64,000 nt of DNA, from positions 448,001-512,000 of the forward strand of contig CAWFDF010000012.1 in assembly GCA_963814585.1 (NCBI GenBank). The letters are read 5' to 3'. The DNA comes from an uncultured delta proteobacterium (GTDB lineage: Bacteria > Myxococcota > Myxococcia > Myxococcales > Anaeromyxobacteraceae). Shown here piece by piece: positions 22,723-31,783 of the stretch. A program made the translations under genes and the position numbers. The notes beneath the pieces were generated by a model that saw only the letters and a list, made by a program, of their open reading frames with translations, searched no databases and was not told the DNA's origin. Numbering within the stretch: position 1 is the stretch's first letter; each line of letters opens with the position of its first letter.

Positions 22723-23673
22723 CTACCCCTCGAAGCGGCCCAGGAAGGCCGCGGCCTGCGCGGCCAGGTAGGAGAGGACCGCCAGGTCCTTCTGGTCGAA
22801 CGGCTTGCCGCCCCTCTTGTTGAGCACCTCGAGACAGCCGACCACCTGGCCGTGCCGCGCCATGGGGGCGCAGAGCAGCGACCGGGTCTGGTAGCCGGTG
22901 GCCTCGGAGACGGCGCGGTGGAAGCGCGGGTCCTTCTCGGCGTCGGAGACCGCCACGCAGACGTTCTCCTGGGCGCAGAAGCCGACGATCCCCACGCCGA
23001 TGGGCACCCTCAGGCCCAGGGCGAGCAGCTTGGCGGCGATGGGGCCGCGCACCACCTCGAAGGAGAGGTCCTTGCGCCCGAGGTCGGCGGTGAAGACCGA
23101 GCCGGCCTCGCAGCCGATGACTCGCATGGCGGCATCGAGCGCGAACTCCAGGCCGACGCGGCGTTCCCTCTCCAGCCCCAGCTGGCTGGCCTCGATGAAG
23201 AGCTCGGCCAGCGTGTCCTCGGCCTTCACCTCGAGCGCCATGCGGCCGATGGCGTGGAGCGGCGTGGCGACGGGGGTCCGGGTCTCCTCCACGCGGTCGA
23301 CATGGGCGGAGGGGCGCGCCATCGGTCTCGGGGCCGGAGTCGCGGGTGGCGCCGGCCTCGCCGGCGAGGGGTGAAGCGGCGGCGTGGCGGCCACCGGTGA
23401 GGGGGCCCAGGGCTGGACCTCCTGCAGCGGGGCGACCGAGGTGGCCGCCGGCAGCTCCGCGATCCGGAAGACTCGCCCCGAGTCGGGGTCGGTGACGTGG
23501 ATGGAGCCGTCGGCCCGGATGTCGCAGAGGACGTTGCTGGACGGGTTGATCTCGCCGATCCGCTGCAGCCCGGCCTTGAGCGCCCCGAGCCAGTGGTCCG
23601 CATCGAGGCGGAGCGTCAGGTCCATCGGGACCCTGGGCGGCGCCGCCGGGACGAACACCTCGAAGCGAGCCAT
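22723..23673 (-). CDS. GAF-domain protein with an unknown N-terminal domain
   Basis: ATG at 23673; GAF motifs GIVGFCA, DAEKDPRF, YQTRSLLCAPM, LNKRGGKPF. Confidence 0.8.
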   Translation of the reverse strand: MARFEVFVPAAPPRVPMDLTLRLDADHWLGALKAGLQRIGEINPSSNVLCDIRADGSIHVTDPDSGRVFRIAELPAATSVAPLQEVQPWAPSPVAATPPLHPSPARPAPPATPAPRPMARPSAHVDRVEETRTPVATPLHAIGRMALEVKAEDTLAELFIEASQLGLERERRVGLEFALDAAMRVIGCEAGSVFTADLGRKDLSFEVVRGPIAAKLLALGLRVPIGVGIVGFCAQENVCVAVSDAEKDPRFHRAVSEATGYQTRSLLCAPMARHGQVVGCLEVLNKRGGKPFDQKDLAVLSYLAAQAAAFLGRFEG

Positions 23674-23675
23674 GC

Positions 23676-24866
23676 TCAGTCCGTCGAGATGATGCGGAAC
23701 TCCGTCCGGCGGTTCTGGCCCCGGCCCTTCGCGGTCTTGTTGGAGGCGATCGGCCTGGTCGGCCCGTAGCCCGTCGCCTCGAGCCGATCCGCCGCGATCC
23801 CCTTGCCGGTGAGGTAGGTGCGCACCGACTCGGCGCGGGCCCGGCTCAGCTTCATGTTGGACGCCTCGCCGCCGACGGAGTCGGTGTGTCCCTCGATGGA
23901 GAGGCGCATCTTCGGGTAGTCGCGGAGCACCTGCACCACCTGGTCCAGCAGCGGGAAGGAGTCGGCCAGGACCGCCCACCTGGCGGTCTGGAAGTGGACC
24001 TGCTGCTTGATGACGATCCGATCCTTCTTCACCTCCACCAGCGTGTACTTCTTGGGGCAGCCGTCCGGGGCCGGGCCCGGGTCGTCCGGGCACCTGTCGA
24101 GCCGGTCGAGGACGCCGTCACCGTCCTTGTCCCCGTCGGGGCAGCCGCCGTTCTCCTTCGGGCCGGCCTGGTCCGGGCACCGGTCCTGGTCGTCGGAGAC
24201 GCCGTCGCCGTCGCGGTCCTGCACCCGGCAGCCCCGGTTGGTGATGGGGCCGGGGGTGTTGGGGCAGGCGTCCACCTTGTCGACGATGCCGTCACCGTCG
24301 TTGTCGGGGTCGGGGCAGCCGTCTTCGTCCTGGAAGCCGTCGCCGTCCTCGGGGTCGAGGGGGCAGCGGTCGATGTCGTCGGAGGTGCCGTCCCCGTCGG
24401 AGTCCCTGGCCGCCGGGCATCCCTGCGACTCCACCGGGCCGGGCAGGTCGGGGCACTTGTCGTCGAGGTCGGGCACGCCGTCGCCGTCCCGATCGGTCTT
24501 CTCGATGATGATGACCGGGGCCGCCACCGCGACGGGCGTGGTGCCGCCGGGGCTCTTCTCGCGGATGGTGACCTGCGCGGCGCCGCAGTTCTTGGAGAGC
24601 TCCAGCGCCTTCTTCATGTTCTGCTCGGACACCTTGAGGTGGTCGGCGGCGCGGGTGGCGTTGCCCCAGTCGATCTCCGCCTTGCCGAACTCCAGGTTGG
24701 CCTCGGCCAGCGCCAGCTCCCGCGGCGCGCAGCGCACGGCCCCGCTGTTGCGGGCCTTGACGGCGTCCTGCGTGAGCACCTCGGCGCTGCGCTTCAGCTT
24801 CCCGCCGGTGGCGCAGGCGGACAGGGCCAGCAGCGCCAGCGCGGTGACGATGCGCGCGCGGCTCAC
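23676..24866 (-). CDS. OmpA-family lipoprotein with DUF4398-like N-terminus and thrombospondin type 3 repeats
   Basis: LSAC lipobox; DxDGDGVxDxxDxCP repeats; IEGHTD...NMKLSRARAESV...NRRTEF. Confidence 0.9.
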   Translation of the reverse strand: MSRARIVTALALLALSACATGGKLKRSAEVLTQDAVKARNSGAVRCAPRELALAEANLEFGKAEIDWGNATRAADHLKVSEQNMKKALELSKNCGAAQVTIREKSPGGTTPVAVAAPVIIIEKTDRDGDGVPDLDDKCPDLPGPVESQGCPAARDSDGDGTSDDIDRCPLDPEDGDGFQDEDGCPDPDNDGDGIVDKVDACPNTPGPITNRGCRVQDRDGDGVSDDQDRCPDQAGPKENGGCPDGDKDGDGVLDRLDRCPDDPGPAPDGCPKKYTLVEVKKDRIVIKQQVHFQTARWAVLADSFPLLDQVVQVLRDYPKMRLSIEGHTDSVGGEASNMKLSRARAESVRTYLTGKGIAADRLEATGYGPTRPIASNKTAKGRGQNRRTEFRIISTD

Positions 24867-25168
24867 GGCGCCGGCTCCTTCTCGGTCCGGTTGCTGGCGG
24901 CCAGCGCCTTGACCCGGGCCTCCTTGGCCGCCTCCCTCGCCTTGGCGGCGAAGACCGCGGCGTTCTCGTACTGGGAGTAGCCGGAGAGCTCGCGGGCCTT
25001 CTTCAGGTAGGCCTCGGCGCTGGTGATCTCGTAGGTCGCCAGGGTCTGGGCGCCGGCCGCCCGGGCTCCCTCGATCTCGACGTCGGCGTCGATGAGCGCG
25101 GTGGTCGACTGGACCGGCCCACAGCCCGCGACGAAGGTGAGCCCGAGGAGGGCGAGGAGGAGCCGCAC
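24863..25168 (-). CDS. DUF4398-like small lipoprotein
   Basis: VRLLLALLGLTFVAGC lipobox; AGAQTLATYEITSAEAYLKKARE; stop overlaps the OmpA gene start. Confidence 0.7.
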   Translation of the reverse strand: MRLLLALLGLTFVAGCGPVQSTTALIDADVEIEGARAAGAQTLATYEITSAEAYLKKARELSGYSQYENAAVFAAKAREAAKEARVKALAASNRTEKEPAP

Positions 25169-25227
25169 GGGAGTGAACCCCTTTCGGAAACCCAAGGGTT
25201 CGACGCTACCCGCGGGGGACCGGGTCG

Positions 25228-25542
25228 TCAAGGAACGGCGGTGGTCTGCGGCGCCGCCACGGCGCGCGGCAGCTCGGGCTCCAGGGGCATGAGGTACCAG
25301 AGCAGGAGGTAGACCGGAATGCCCCAGAGCCCGAGCACGGCCGTCATGATGACGAGCAGCCGGACGGCCGCCACCGGCACGCCGTAGTGGTTGGCGAGCC
25401 CCTGGGCGACGCCGGCGACCATCCTCCCCTGCCGGGCGCGGCGCCAGTCGCGGGCCGGCGACCGGTCGGGGATCCAGCTGGTGCAGGCGCCGCAGCGGAG
25501 GGCGCCGTCGGGGATGTCGGTGCGACAGTACGGGCAGAGCAT
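25228..25542 (-). CDS. PspC-domain protein with N-terminal zinc ribbon
   Basis: AGGAGG RBS; MLCPYC...CGAC; RMVAGVAQGLANHYG...YLLLWYLMP. Confidence 0.85.
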   Translation of the reverse strand: MLCPYCRTDIPDGALRCGACTSWIPDRSPARDWRRARQGRMVAGVAQGLANHYGVPVAAVRLLVIMTAVLGLWGIPVYLLLWYLMPLEPELPRAVAAPQTTAVP

Positions 25543-25716
25543 GTGACCTCCTGGCGTGACGGTACGCGCGCGCCCGGCCGATATTTCAGCCGGGCGGGGT
25601 CTGCCCGTAGACGCCAGTCCGCCAATCCTCCGCGCCGGGTGCATCGGCCGAGTCACCCGGTCGCGGTGGAGGCGTCCGGGCACGCTGCCGGCGATCCCGT
25701 CCACCCGGAACGAGGA

Positions 25717-25740
25717 GAGCCGCCCCTCTCGAGGCGGCTC
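25717..25740 (-). terminator. Probable terminator of citrate synthase
   Basis: GAGCCGCC...GGCGGCTC stem 30 nt after the stop, with a pyrimidine tail. Confidence 0.5.
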
Positions 25741-25770
25741 CCGGTGAGGCCTGGACGCTGGCGGGGACGG

Positions 25771-27099
25771 CTACGCCAGCTTGCGGCCGCCCTCGGCGGC
25801 CCACTTCTCCAGCATCTCGGTGGTGACCGACTTCGGACGCTCGATGGCGTAGCCGAGGCCGCGGTCCCAGGTGATGTTGGCGAGCACGCCGAGCGCGCGG
25901 CCGACGCCGAAGAGGACCGTGTAGAAGTCCCACTCGCGGACGCCGTAGTACCACTGGATCACGCCGGAGTGCGCGTCCACGTTCGGCCACGGGTTCTTGG
26001 TCTTGCCGTGCTCGGTGAGGACGCCCGGCGCCACCTCGTAGATCATGTTGACGAGCTGGAAGAGCGGGTCGTTCGGCAGGTGCTTCTTGGAGAACTCGTT
26101 CTGCGCCACGTAGCGCGGGTCGGTCTTGCGGAGCACGGCGTGGCCGTAGCCCGGGATGACCTGGCCGGAGTTCAGGGTGTCCCAGAGGAACTGCTTGAGC
26201 TCCTCCTTGGTGGGCACCTTGTTGTTGAGCTTCTTCATCACGTTCTGGATCCAGCCGAGCACCTCCTGGTTGGCGAGGCCGTGGAGCGGGCCGGCCAGGC
26301 CGTTGATGCCGGCCGACAGGGAGTAGTAGGCGTCGCTGAGCGCCGAGGCCACCAGGTGGGTGGTGTGGGCCGAGACGTTCCCCGACTCGTGATCCGAGTG
26401 GAGGATGAAGTACATGCGGGCGACGTCGTCGTAGGGCTTCTTCTGCCCGATCATGTGGGCGAAGTTGCCGCCCCAGTCGAGCTTCGGATCCGGGGCGATG
26501 AAGGTGTCGCCCTTGTACTTCATCCGGTAGATGTACGCGGCGATGGCCGGCAGCTTGGCCAGCAGGTTCATGGAATCCTCGTACATGGGATCCCACATGT
26601 CGTTCTTCTTGAGCCCGCCCTCGCCGTAGCGCTTGGCGAAGATCGACTCGCGCTGCATCGACAGGATGGCCGAGGAGAAGAGCGTCATGGGGTGCGAGTC
26701 GCGCGGCATGGCGCGGAGCACGTCGACGACGTAGGCGGGGATGTCGGCGCGGGCCTTCCAGTCCTCCACCACCTCGAGCGTCTGCGCCAGGGTCGGCACG
26801 TCGCCGGTCAGCAGGTACCAGAAGAAGCCCTCGACGTAGGGCTGGTCGCTGCCCGGGACCTTGGGGATGGCGGCGAACGTCTCCGGGATGGTGCGGCCGC
26901 GGAAGCGGATGCCTTCCTGCGGGTCCAGGTAGGAGATGTCGGTCACCAGCGAGCGGATGTCGCGCGCACCGCCGATGCACTGGCCGATGTTGACCTTGTC
27001 GATCACCACCTCGCCGAACTCCTTGTTCAGCTTGGTGATGCGAGGCCGGAACGCCTCGATCTTCTCCTTGAGCTTCAGCTTCAGATTGGAGTCAGCCAT
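25771..27099 (-). CDS. gltA: Citrate (Si)-synthase, eukaryotic/mitochondrial type
   Basis: [71 protein letters not shown]. Confidence 0.95.
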   Translation of the reverse strand: MADSNLKLKLKEKIEAFRPRITKLNKEFGEVVIDKVNIGQCIGGARDIRSLVTDISYLDPQEGIRFRGRTIPETFAAIPKVPGSDQPYVEGFFWYLLTGDVPTLAQTLEVVEDWKARADIPAYVVDVLRAMPRDSHPMTLFSSAILSMQRESIFAKRYGEGGLKKNDMWDPMYEDSMNLLAKLPAIAAYIYRMKYKGDTFIAPDPKLDWGGNFAHMIGQKKPYDDVARMYFILHSDHESGNVSAHTTHLVASALSDAYYSLSAGINGLAGPLHGLANQEVLGWIQNVMKKLNNKVPTKEELKQFLWDTLNSGQVIPGYGHAVLRKTDPRYVAQNEFSKKHLPNDPLFQLVNMIYEVAPGVLTEHGKTKNPWPNVDAHSGVIQWYYGVREWDFYTVLFGVGRALGVLANITWDRGLGYAIERPKSVTTEMLEKWAAEGGRKLA

Positions 27100-27169
27100 G
27101 GTGTGGTCTCCAGCCGGGGACGGGTAGGTGCAGCGTCAGGAAGCCTTCGCGGGTGTACCGAGGGCACGC

Positions 27170-27199
27170 ATCCTACTTGCGCCCTCTCGCGAACTGCAA
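27170..27199 (-). promoter_or_regulatory. Putative sigma70 promoter of citrate synthase
   Basis: TTGCAG-N18-TAGGAT on the minus strand. Confidence 0.4.
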
Positions 27200-27388
27200 A
27201 CGGGAAACGGACGCCCGTCGTGGAGCCCGAAAGTCTATTAACGCGATGGCTCAACGTTTTCCGCGATTCCACGCCTTCGCTCTCAGCGAAGTGCGACGCT
27301 AAACCGCACGGACGCGGACTGGCCTCCGCCTGCACTTCGAGTGGACGGCCGGCCGGGCGGGGAGCCGCCCCGGCGCGACCCCGGCGGA

Positions 27389-27841
27389 TCAGCGGCCCAG
27401 GCCGGCCGCCAGCGCGGCGGCGACCTGGTCGGCCAGCCGGCCGTCGCGGGCGGGGGCCGCCTCGACCTCGACCGCCGGCGCGGGCGCTCCCGGGGGCCGG
27501 GACAGGGGGTCTGCAGTTCCTGCAGGGTCCACGGTTCCTGCAGCCTCCTTCGCCTTCCCCTTGCCCGTCCCCGCCGCCGAGCGGCAGAGGCGGCACCAGG
27601 GCTGGTTCCGGATCGCGCCATCGGCCATCTTGCGCAGGCCGAACTGCGACAGCGGCCGCATCTGGTGGCACTTCAGGCACATCAGCGTGATGAAGACCTC
27701 GTTGCCGTCGGCGTCGTAGATGGAGGACCGCCGCCGCCTGGGGCGAGGCGTCTCGCCGGCGGGCGCGGCCTTCCTGGCCACGACGGACTTCGACTCGGCG
27801 CCACGAACGATGGCGGGCGCGACCATGACCCTGGTGGCCAT
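27389..27841 (-). CDS. Small basic protein with a C4 zinc finger
   Basis: GGAGG upstream; CLKCHQMRPLSQFGLRKMADGAIRNQPWCRLC. Confidence 0.75.
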   Translation of the reverse strand: MATRVMVAPAIVRGAESKSVVARKAAPAGETPRPRRRRSSIYDADGNEVFITLMCLKCHQMRPLSQFGLRKMADGAIRNQPWCRLCRSAAGTGKGKAKEAAGTVDPAGTADPLSRPPGAPAPAVEVEAAPARDGRLADQVAAALAAGLGR

Positions 27842-27957
27842 CCTGGTGCCTCCGGATGAGTGGAACCTTCACTCCCGCAGGGGAGCCGCAGCACCCCCGA
27901 CACGGAGGCGGCGAGGCCGGAACCTAGCCGACGGGTCTGACAGCGCCCGAGGGCGGA

Positions 27958-28608
27958 TCAGGCCGGCTGGTCGACGCCGCGCTCGGAGGCGGCCGAGAGC
28001 ACCTTGTAGAGTGGGGCCAGGTCGCGAAACACGCCCAGCAGGTCGCCCAGCGCCAGGCTGCGCGCCTCCTCGGCGCCGAAGGCGACGCCGACGTCGAGGC
28101 CCGGCCCGCCGGCCAGGAGGCCCTCCGCCAGCTCGGCCCAGAAGGCGGGCGTGTGGGCCGGCGCCAGCTCCGGCAGCTCCTCGTGGTCCCAGCCGGCGAA
28201 CTGCCGCAGCTTCCGGAAGGGCTTCCCCTTCCTGGCCAGGTTGCCCGCCTCCCGCCGGAGCGCGTCCAGCATCGCCCCCCAGCGGGCCGACTCGCCGCGC
28301 ACGCCGACACGCGCGTGGAGGTGCGCACGGGTCACCGCCACGCCCAGGTAGGGGACGCCCCGCCACCCGCGCGGCGAGTCGCAGAACGCCACCAGCGCCT
28401 CCCTGGGGGGCTGGCCGCGGCGGGCGGCTGGCCGGGCCAGGTGGGCGTGGAGCGGCCGGCCGCTGAGCCGGGAGAGCCCGCCGGCGCTCTGCGCGGCGAT
28501 GGCCCGGAGCTTGGGGAGCAGCGTCGCCTCCAACGCGGCGGCCCGCCGCTCCGGGTCGTCGATCTCGAAGAGCTCGAAGTCCGCTGGTCCGAGGCCGAGG
28601 CCTGCCAT
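27958..28608 (-). CDS. DUF1054/YktB-like protein
   Basis: DFELFEIDDPERR...LLPKL...LHAHLAR...EALVAFCDSPRGW...LAPLY resembles the YktB/UPF0637 family. Confidence 0.65.
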   Translation of the reverse strand: MAGLGLGPADFELFEIDDPERRAAALEATLLPKLRAIAAQSAGGLSRLSGRPLHAHLARPAARRGQPPREALVAFCDSPRGWRGVPYLGVAVTRAHLHARVGVRGESARWGAMLDALRREAGNLARKGKPFRKLRQFAGWDHEELPELAPAHTPAFWAELAEGLLAGGPGLDVGVAFGAEEARSLALGDLLGVFRDLAPLYKVLSAASERGVDQPA

Positions 28609-28684
28609 GCGCACCGCCACCAGTGAGAAGGCCTCATGCTAGCACACGTTGACTCCTCCCCTGCGGCGGTGCGAGGTTTCCCAC

Positions 28685-29686
28685 GTGCAGAAGGCAGCGC
28701 GCCTCCTCGATCTCGCGGCGTTCCTCCTCCGCGCCGCGGAGCCGGTCTCCTGGCGCGAGATCCAGGAGCAGTTCGCCGGCGACTACGGGGGCTCGGGCGA
28801 GGCCGCCATCCGCAAGTTCGAGCGAGACAAGGCCGACCTGCTGGAGCTGGCCATCCCCATCCGCTACGAGCCGGGCGACGAGGACCAGGCCGCCGGCTAC
28901 CTGATCGACCGGGACGAGTTCTACCTCCCCGACCTCAAGCTGCCGCCCGAGGACCTGGCCATGCTCTACGTGGCCGGCTCGGCGGCGCTGGCCTCGGGCT
29001 CGTTCCCGTACTCCCGGGACCTGGCCCACGCCATGAACAAGCTCAGCTTCGCGGCCCGGGCGCCGGGCGCCTCGGAGGCGGCGGCGCTGGCCACCCACCA
29101 CCTCTCGCGCCCCGACGGCGCGGTCACGGCCGCCGCCTTGCTGGAGGAGCTCTCCCGGGCGGTGGCCATGAAGAAGCGGGTGCGGCTCACCTACGCCGGG
29201 GCCGAGCGGCGCGCCCGCACCGAGCGCGACCTCGACCCCTACGGGCTCTTCCAGAAGGGCGGCGCCTGGTTCGTCACCGGCTGGTGCCACCTGCGCAAGG
29301 CGCAGCGGACCTTCCACCTGGCCCGCATCGAGCAGCTCTCCGTCAACCAGAAGGCGCCGCGCACCCCCGACTTCACGCCGCGCAAGGAGCTGCCGCTGGC
29401 CGAGGTGGCCACCCGGGAGACCTGGGAGTTCACCGTCCACGCCCCGCAGCGCTGCCGCGTCCGGCTGGAGCCACCGGTCTCGCCCGAGGTCCTGGCCAGC
29501 TTCGGCCCCCGCGCCCGGCGCCAGGAGGACGGCGCCGCCACCATCGTGGAACTCGACGCCACCAACGGCGAGGGGCTGATCCGCCACGTCCTCTCGCTGG
29601 GGGATCGGGCCGAGCTGCTCTCGCCGAGGCCGCTGCGCCAGCGGGCCCGCGCCATCCTCGCCGAACTGGCCCGGAGGGTGGCGTGA
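28685..29686 (+). CDS. pafB: WYL-domain transcriptional regulator, PafB-like
   Basis: wHTH with RKFERDKADLLELAIP and GYLIDRDEFYLP; WYL domain RDLDPYGL...WFVTGWCHLRKAQRTFHLARI; WCX domain. Confidence 0.85.
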   Translation: MQKAARLLDLAAFLLRAAEPVSWREIQEQFAGDYGGSGEAAIRKFERDKADLLELAIPIRYEPGDEDQAAGYLIDRDEFYLPDLKLPPEDLAMLYVAGSAALASGSFPYSRDLAHAMNKLSFAARAPGASEAAALATHHLSRPDGAVTAAALLEELSRAVAMKKRVRLTYAGAERRARTERDLDPYGLFQKGGAWFVTGWCHLRKAQRTFHLARIEQLSVNQKAPRTPDFTPRKELPLAEVATRETWEFTVHAPQRCRVRLEPPVSPEVLASFGPRARRQEDGAATIVELDATNGEGLIRHVLSLGDRAELLSPRPLRQRARAILAELARRVA

Positions 29687-30786
29687 GGCGCGCGCCGCGC
29701 CAGGCCGGGGGCCAGCCGAAGGGCGGCGTACCGAAGCGGCGGGCCGCGGCGGCGAGGAAGGCCCCCTCCCCCGCGAGCCAGGCGGCGAAGGCCCCCGGCA
29801 GGCCCCGCGCCCCGGCCGCCCCCCGCCGCGACGCCGAGCCCGGCGCCAGCGACCCCCGCGAGCGCCTGCGGCGCGTCCTCTTCCTCGTCCCCTACGCGGT
29901 GCAGCACCCCGGCATCCACGTGCGGGAGCTGGCCCGCCGCTGCGGGGTCACCGAGACGGAGCTGCTCGAGGACCTCGACTTCCTCATGGAGGTCGGCTCG
30001 CCGCCGTTCGCGCCCGACGACTTCCTCGACCTCTACGTCGAGGGCGACCGGGTCCACGTGGCGCTCCACCAGAGCTTCATCCGCCCGCCCCGCTTCACCG
30101 AGAGCGAGGCGGCGGCGCTGGCCGCGGCGGCCAGCGCGCTGGGCGGCGAGGGGCGGGAGCGGGCCGTCCAGGCGCTGCGCGACTCGGTGCCGAAGGATCG
30201 CCGCGCCTCCTTCGACGAGCTGGTGGATCGGATCTACGCCGGGGCCCCGCCGGCCCGCGACTCGGTGCTGGGGCGGCTGCAGCGGGCCATCGCCGAGCGG
30301 CGCGCGGTGCGGCTCACCTACCTCTCCGCGTCCTCGGACACCGAGGCCGAGCGGACCGTCCACCCCTACACGCTGGCCCAGCGGCTGGGCCACTGGTACC
30401 TCTACGGCCACGACGCCGCGCGCGCCAGGCCGCTGGCCTTCCGCATCGACCGGATCCGCGACTGCGCGCTGACCGACCAGCGCTTCGAGGCCCCCTCCGA
30501 CGCCGAGCTGGCCAGGGCCCGGCTCTTCTCCGAGCCGACCGGCGAGGGGATCCGGGTCCGGCTCGGCCCGCTGGCGGCGGCCTGGGCGCTGGCCCGGCCG
30601 GGGGGCATGGAGCTCCTGAAGCGGACCGACGACGGCGGCGCGGTGGTCGAGCTGAAGGGGGTCTCGGAGGAGTGGGCCACCCGCTTCGCCCTCTCCTTCG
30701 GGGGCGGCGCCGAGGTGATCGGGCCGGCCGCCGCGGCGCGCCACTTCGGGGAGGCGGTGAACCGCGCCTTCGCGAGGTACCGGTAG
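29683..30786 (+). CDS. pafC: WYL-domain transcriptional regulator, PafC-like
   Basis: GTGA overlap with pafB; RLRRVLFLVPY...GVTETELLEDL...GSPPFAPDDFLD; WYLYG...FRIDRI. Confidence 0.85.
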   Translation: MRRAPRQAGGQPKGGVPKRRAAAARKAPSPASQAAKAPGRPRAPAAPRRDAEPGASDPRERLRRVLFLVPYAVQHPGIHVRELARRCGVTETELLEDLDFLMEVGSPPFAPDDFLDLYVEGDRVHVALHQSFIRPPRFTESEAAALAAAASALGGEGRERAVQALRDSVPKDRRASFDELVDRIYAGAPPARDSVLGRLQRAIAERRAVRLTYLSASSDTEAERTVHPYTLAQRLGHWYLYGHDAARARPLAFRIDRIRDCALTDQRFEAPSDAELARARLFSEPTGEGIRVRLGPLAAAWALARPGGMELLKRTDDGGAVVELKGVSEEWATRFALSFGGGAEVIGPAAAARHFGEAVNRAFARYR

Positions 30787-30898
30787 CAGCGGCCTCCGGG
30801 CCGCGGGACCCGCCAGGTCGAACGGGCGGACCTGCCCACCGGCTGGAGACGAATGGACGAGTCTTGCGGCGGCGACCCAGCAGCCGTCGCCGCCGCGA

Positions 30899-31783
30899 CT
30901 AGCGCTTCACCTGGGCCCACTCGAAGAGCAGGTCGGCGACCACGGCCAGGTCGCGGTCGCCGCGGCCGCTGGCCACCACGTCCGACAGCAGCTGCCGCGC
31001 CGCGGCGTTGACCGGGAGCTTGGCCCCCTGCTCGGCGGCCGCCTCCTGGACCAGCCGCTGGTCCTTCTCCACCAGCCGGGCAGCCACCCGCGGAGCGTAG
31101 TCGCCGGCCAGCATCTGCTCGCCCTTCATCAGGTGGAACGGCGAGTGGAAGCCGGAGGCCTGCAGCACCTCCAGCACCTTGGCCGGGTCGAGGCCGCCGG
31201 AGGCCCCCAGGGCCATGGCCTCGGCCAGCCCGGTGGCCATGGCCGCCCCGACCGAGGCGATGCAGAGCTTGGCCAGCGAGGCGTGGACCGCCGAGTCGAG
31301 CTCGAAGAGCCGGGCGCCGATGGCGTGGAGCGCCGGGCGCACCTTGGCGAGCGCCTCGGCCGGGCCGCCGGCCACCACCACCAGCTGGGCCTTCTCCGCG
31401 GCGACGCGGGAGCCGAGCAGCGGGGCGGCCACGAGCTGCCCCCCGTGCTTCGCCACCCGCTCGGCCAGGGCCCGGGTGGCGCGGGTGCCGGAGGTGCCCA
31501 GGTCCACCAGCACCGCGCCCTTCCCCAGGCCGGCGAGGACCCCGTCTGGGCCCTCCAGCACCGCCTCGTTGGCCGACGCGTCGGTGAGGCAGAGGAAGAC
31601 CAGCTCCCGCCCGGCGGCGCAGGCGCGCGGCGTGTCGGCCCGGCTCGCCCCCTTCTTCACCAGCGTGTCGGCGGCGGTCGGGGTCCTGCTCCAGACCGTC
31701 AGCTCGTGTCCTGCCTTGCGGAGGTTGTTGGCGACGGGCCCACCCATGGTACCGAGCCCGATGAAGCCGAGGCGGAGGCGCAT
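30899..31783 (-). CDS. NAD(P)-dependent beta-hydroxyacid dehydrogenase (3-hydroxyisobutyrate DH family)
   Basis: LGFIGLGTMGGPVA Rossmann motif, APLLGS, AKL, KDQRL. Confidence 0.88.
   Translation of the reverse strand: MRLRLGFIGLGTMGGPVANNLRKAGHELTVWSRTPTAADTLVKKGASRADTPRACAAGRELVFLCLTDASANEAVLEGPDGVLAGLGKGAVLVDLGTSGTRATRALAERVAKHGGQLVAAPLLGSRVAAEKAQLVVVAGGPAEALAKVRPALHAIGARLFELDSAVHASLAKLCIASVGAAMATGLAEAMALGASGGLDPAKVLEVLQASGFHSPFHLMKGEQMLAGDYAPRVAARLVEKDQRLVQEAAAEQGAKLPVNAAARQLLSDVVASGRGDRDLAVVADLLFEWAQVKR

Noticed and set aside
28609..28684. Mycobacterial PafBC motif (TGTCGG-N10-TA-N3-T) in the WYL intergenic region
   Set aside because: The hexamer 10 nt upstream of TAGCAT is AGGAGT, not TGTCGG.
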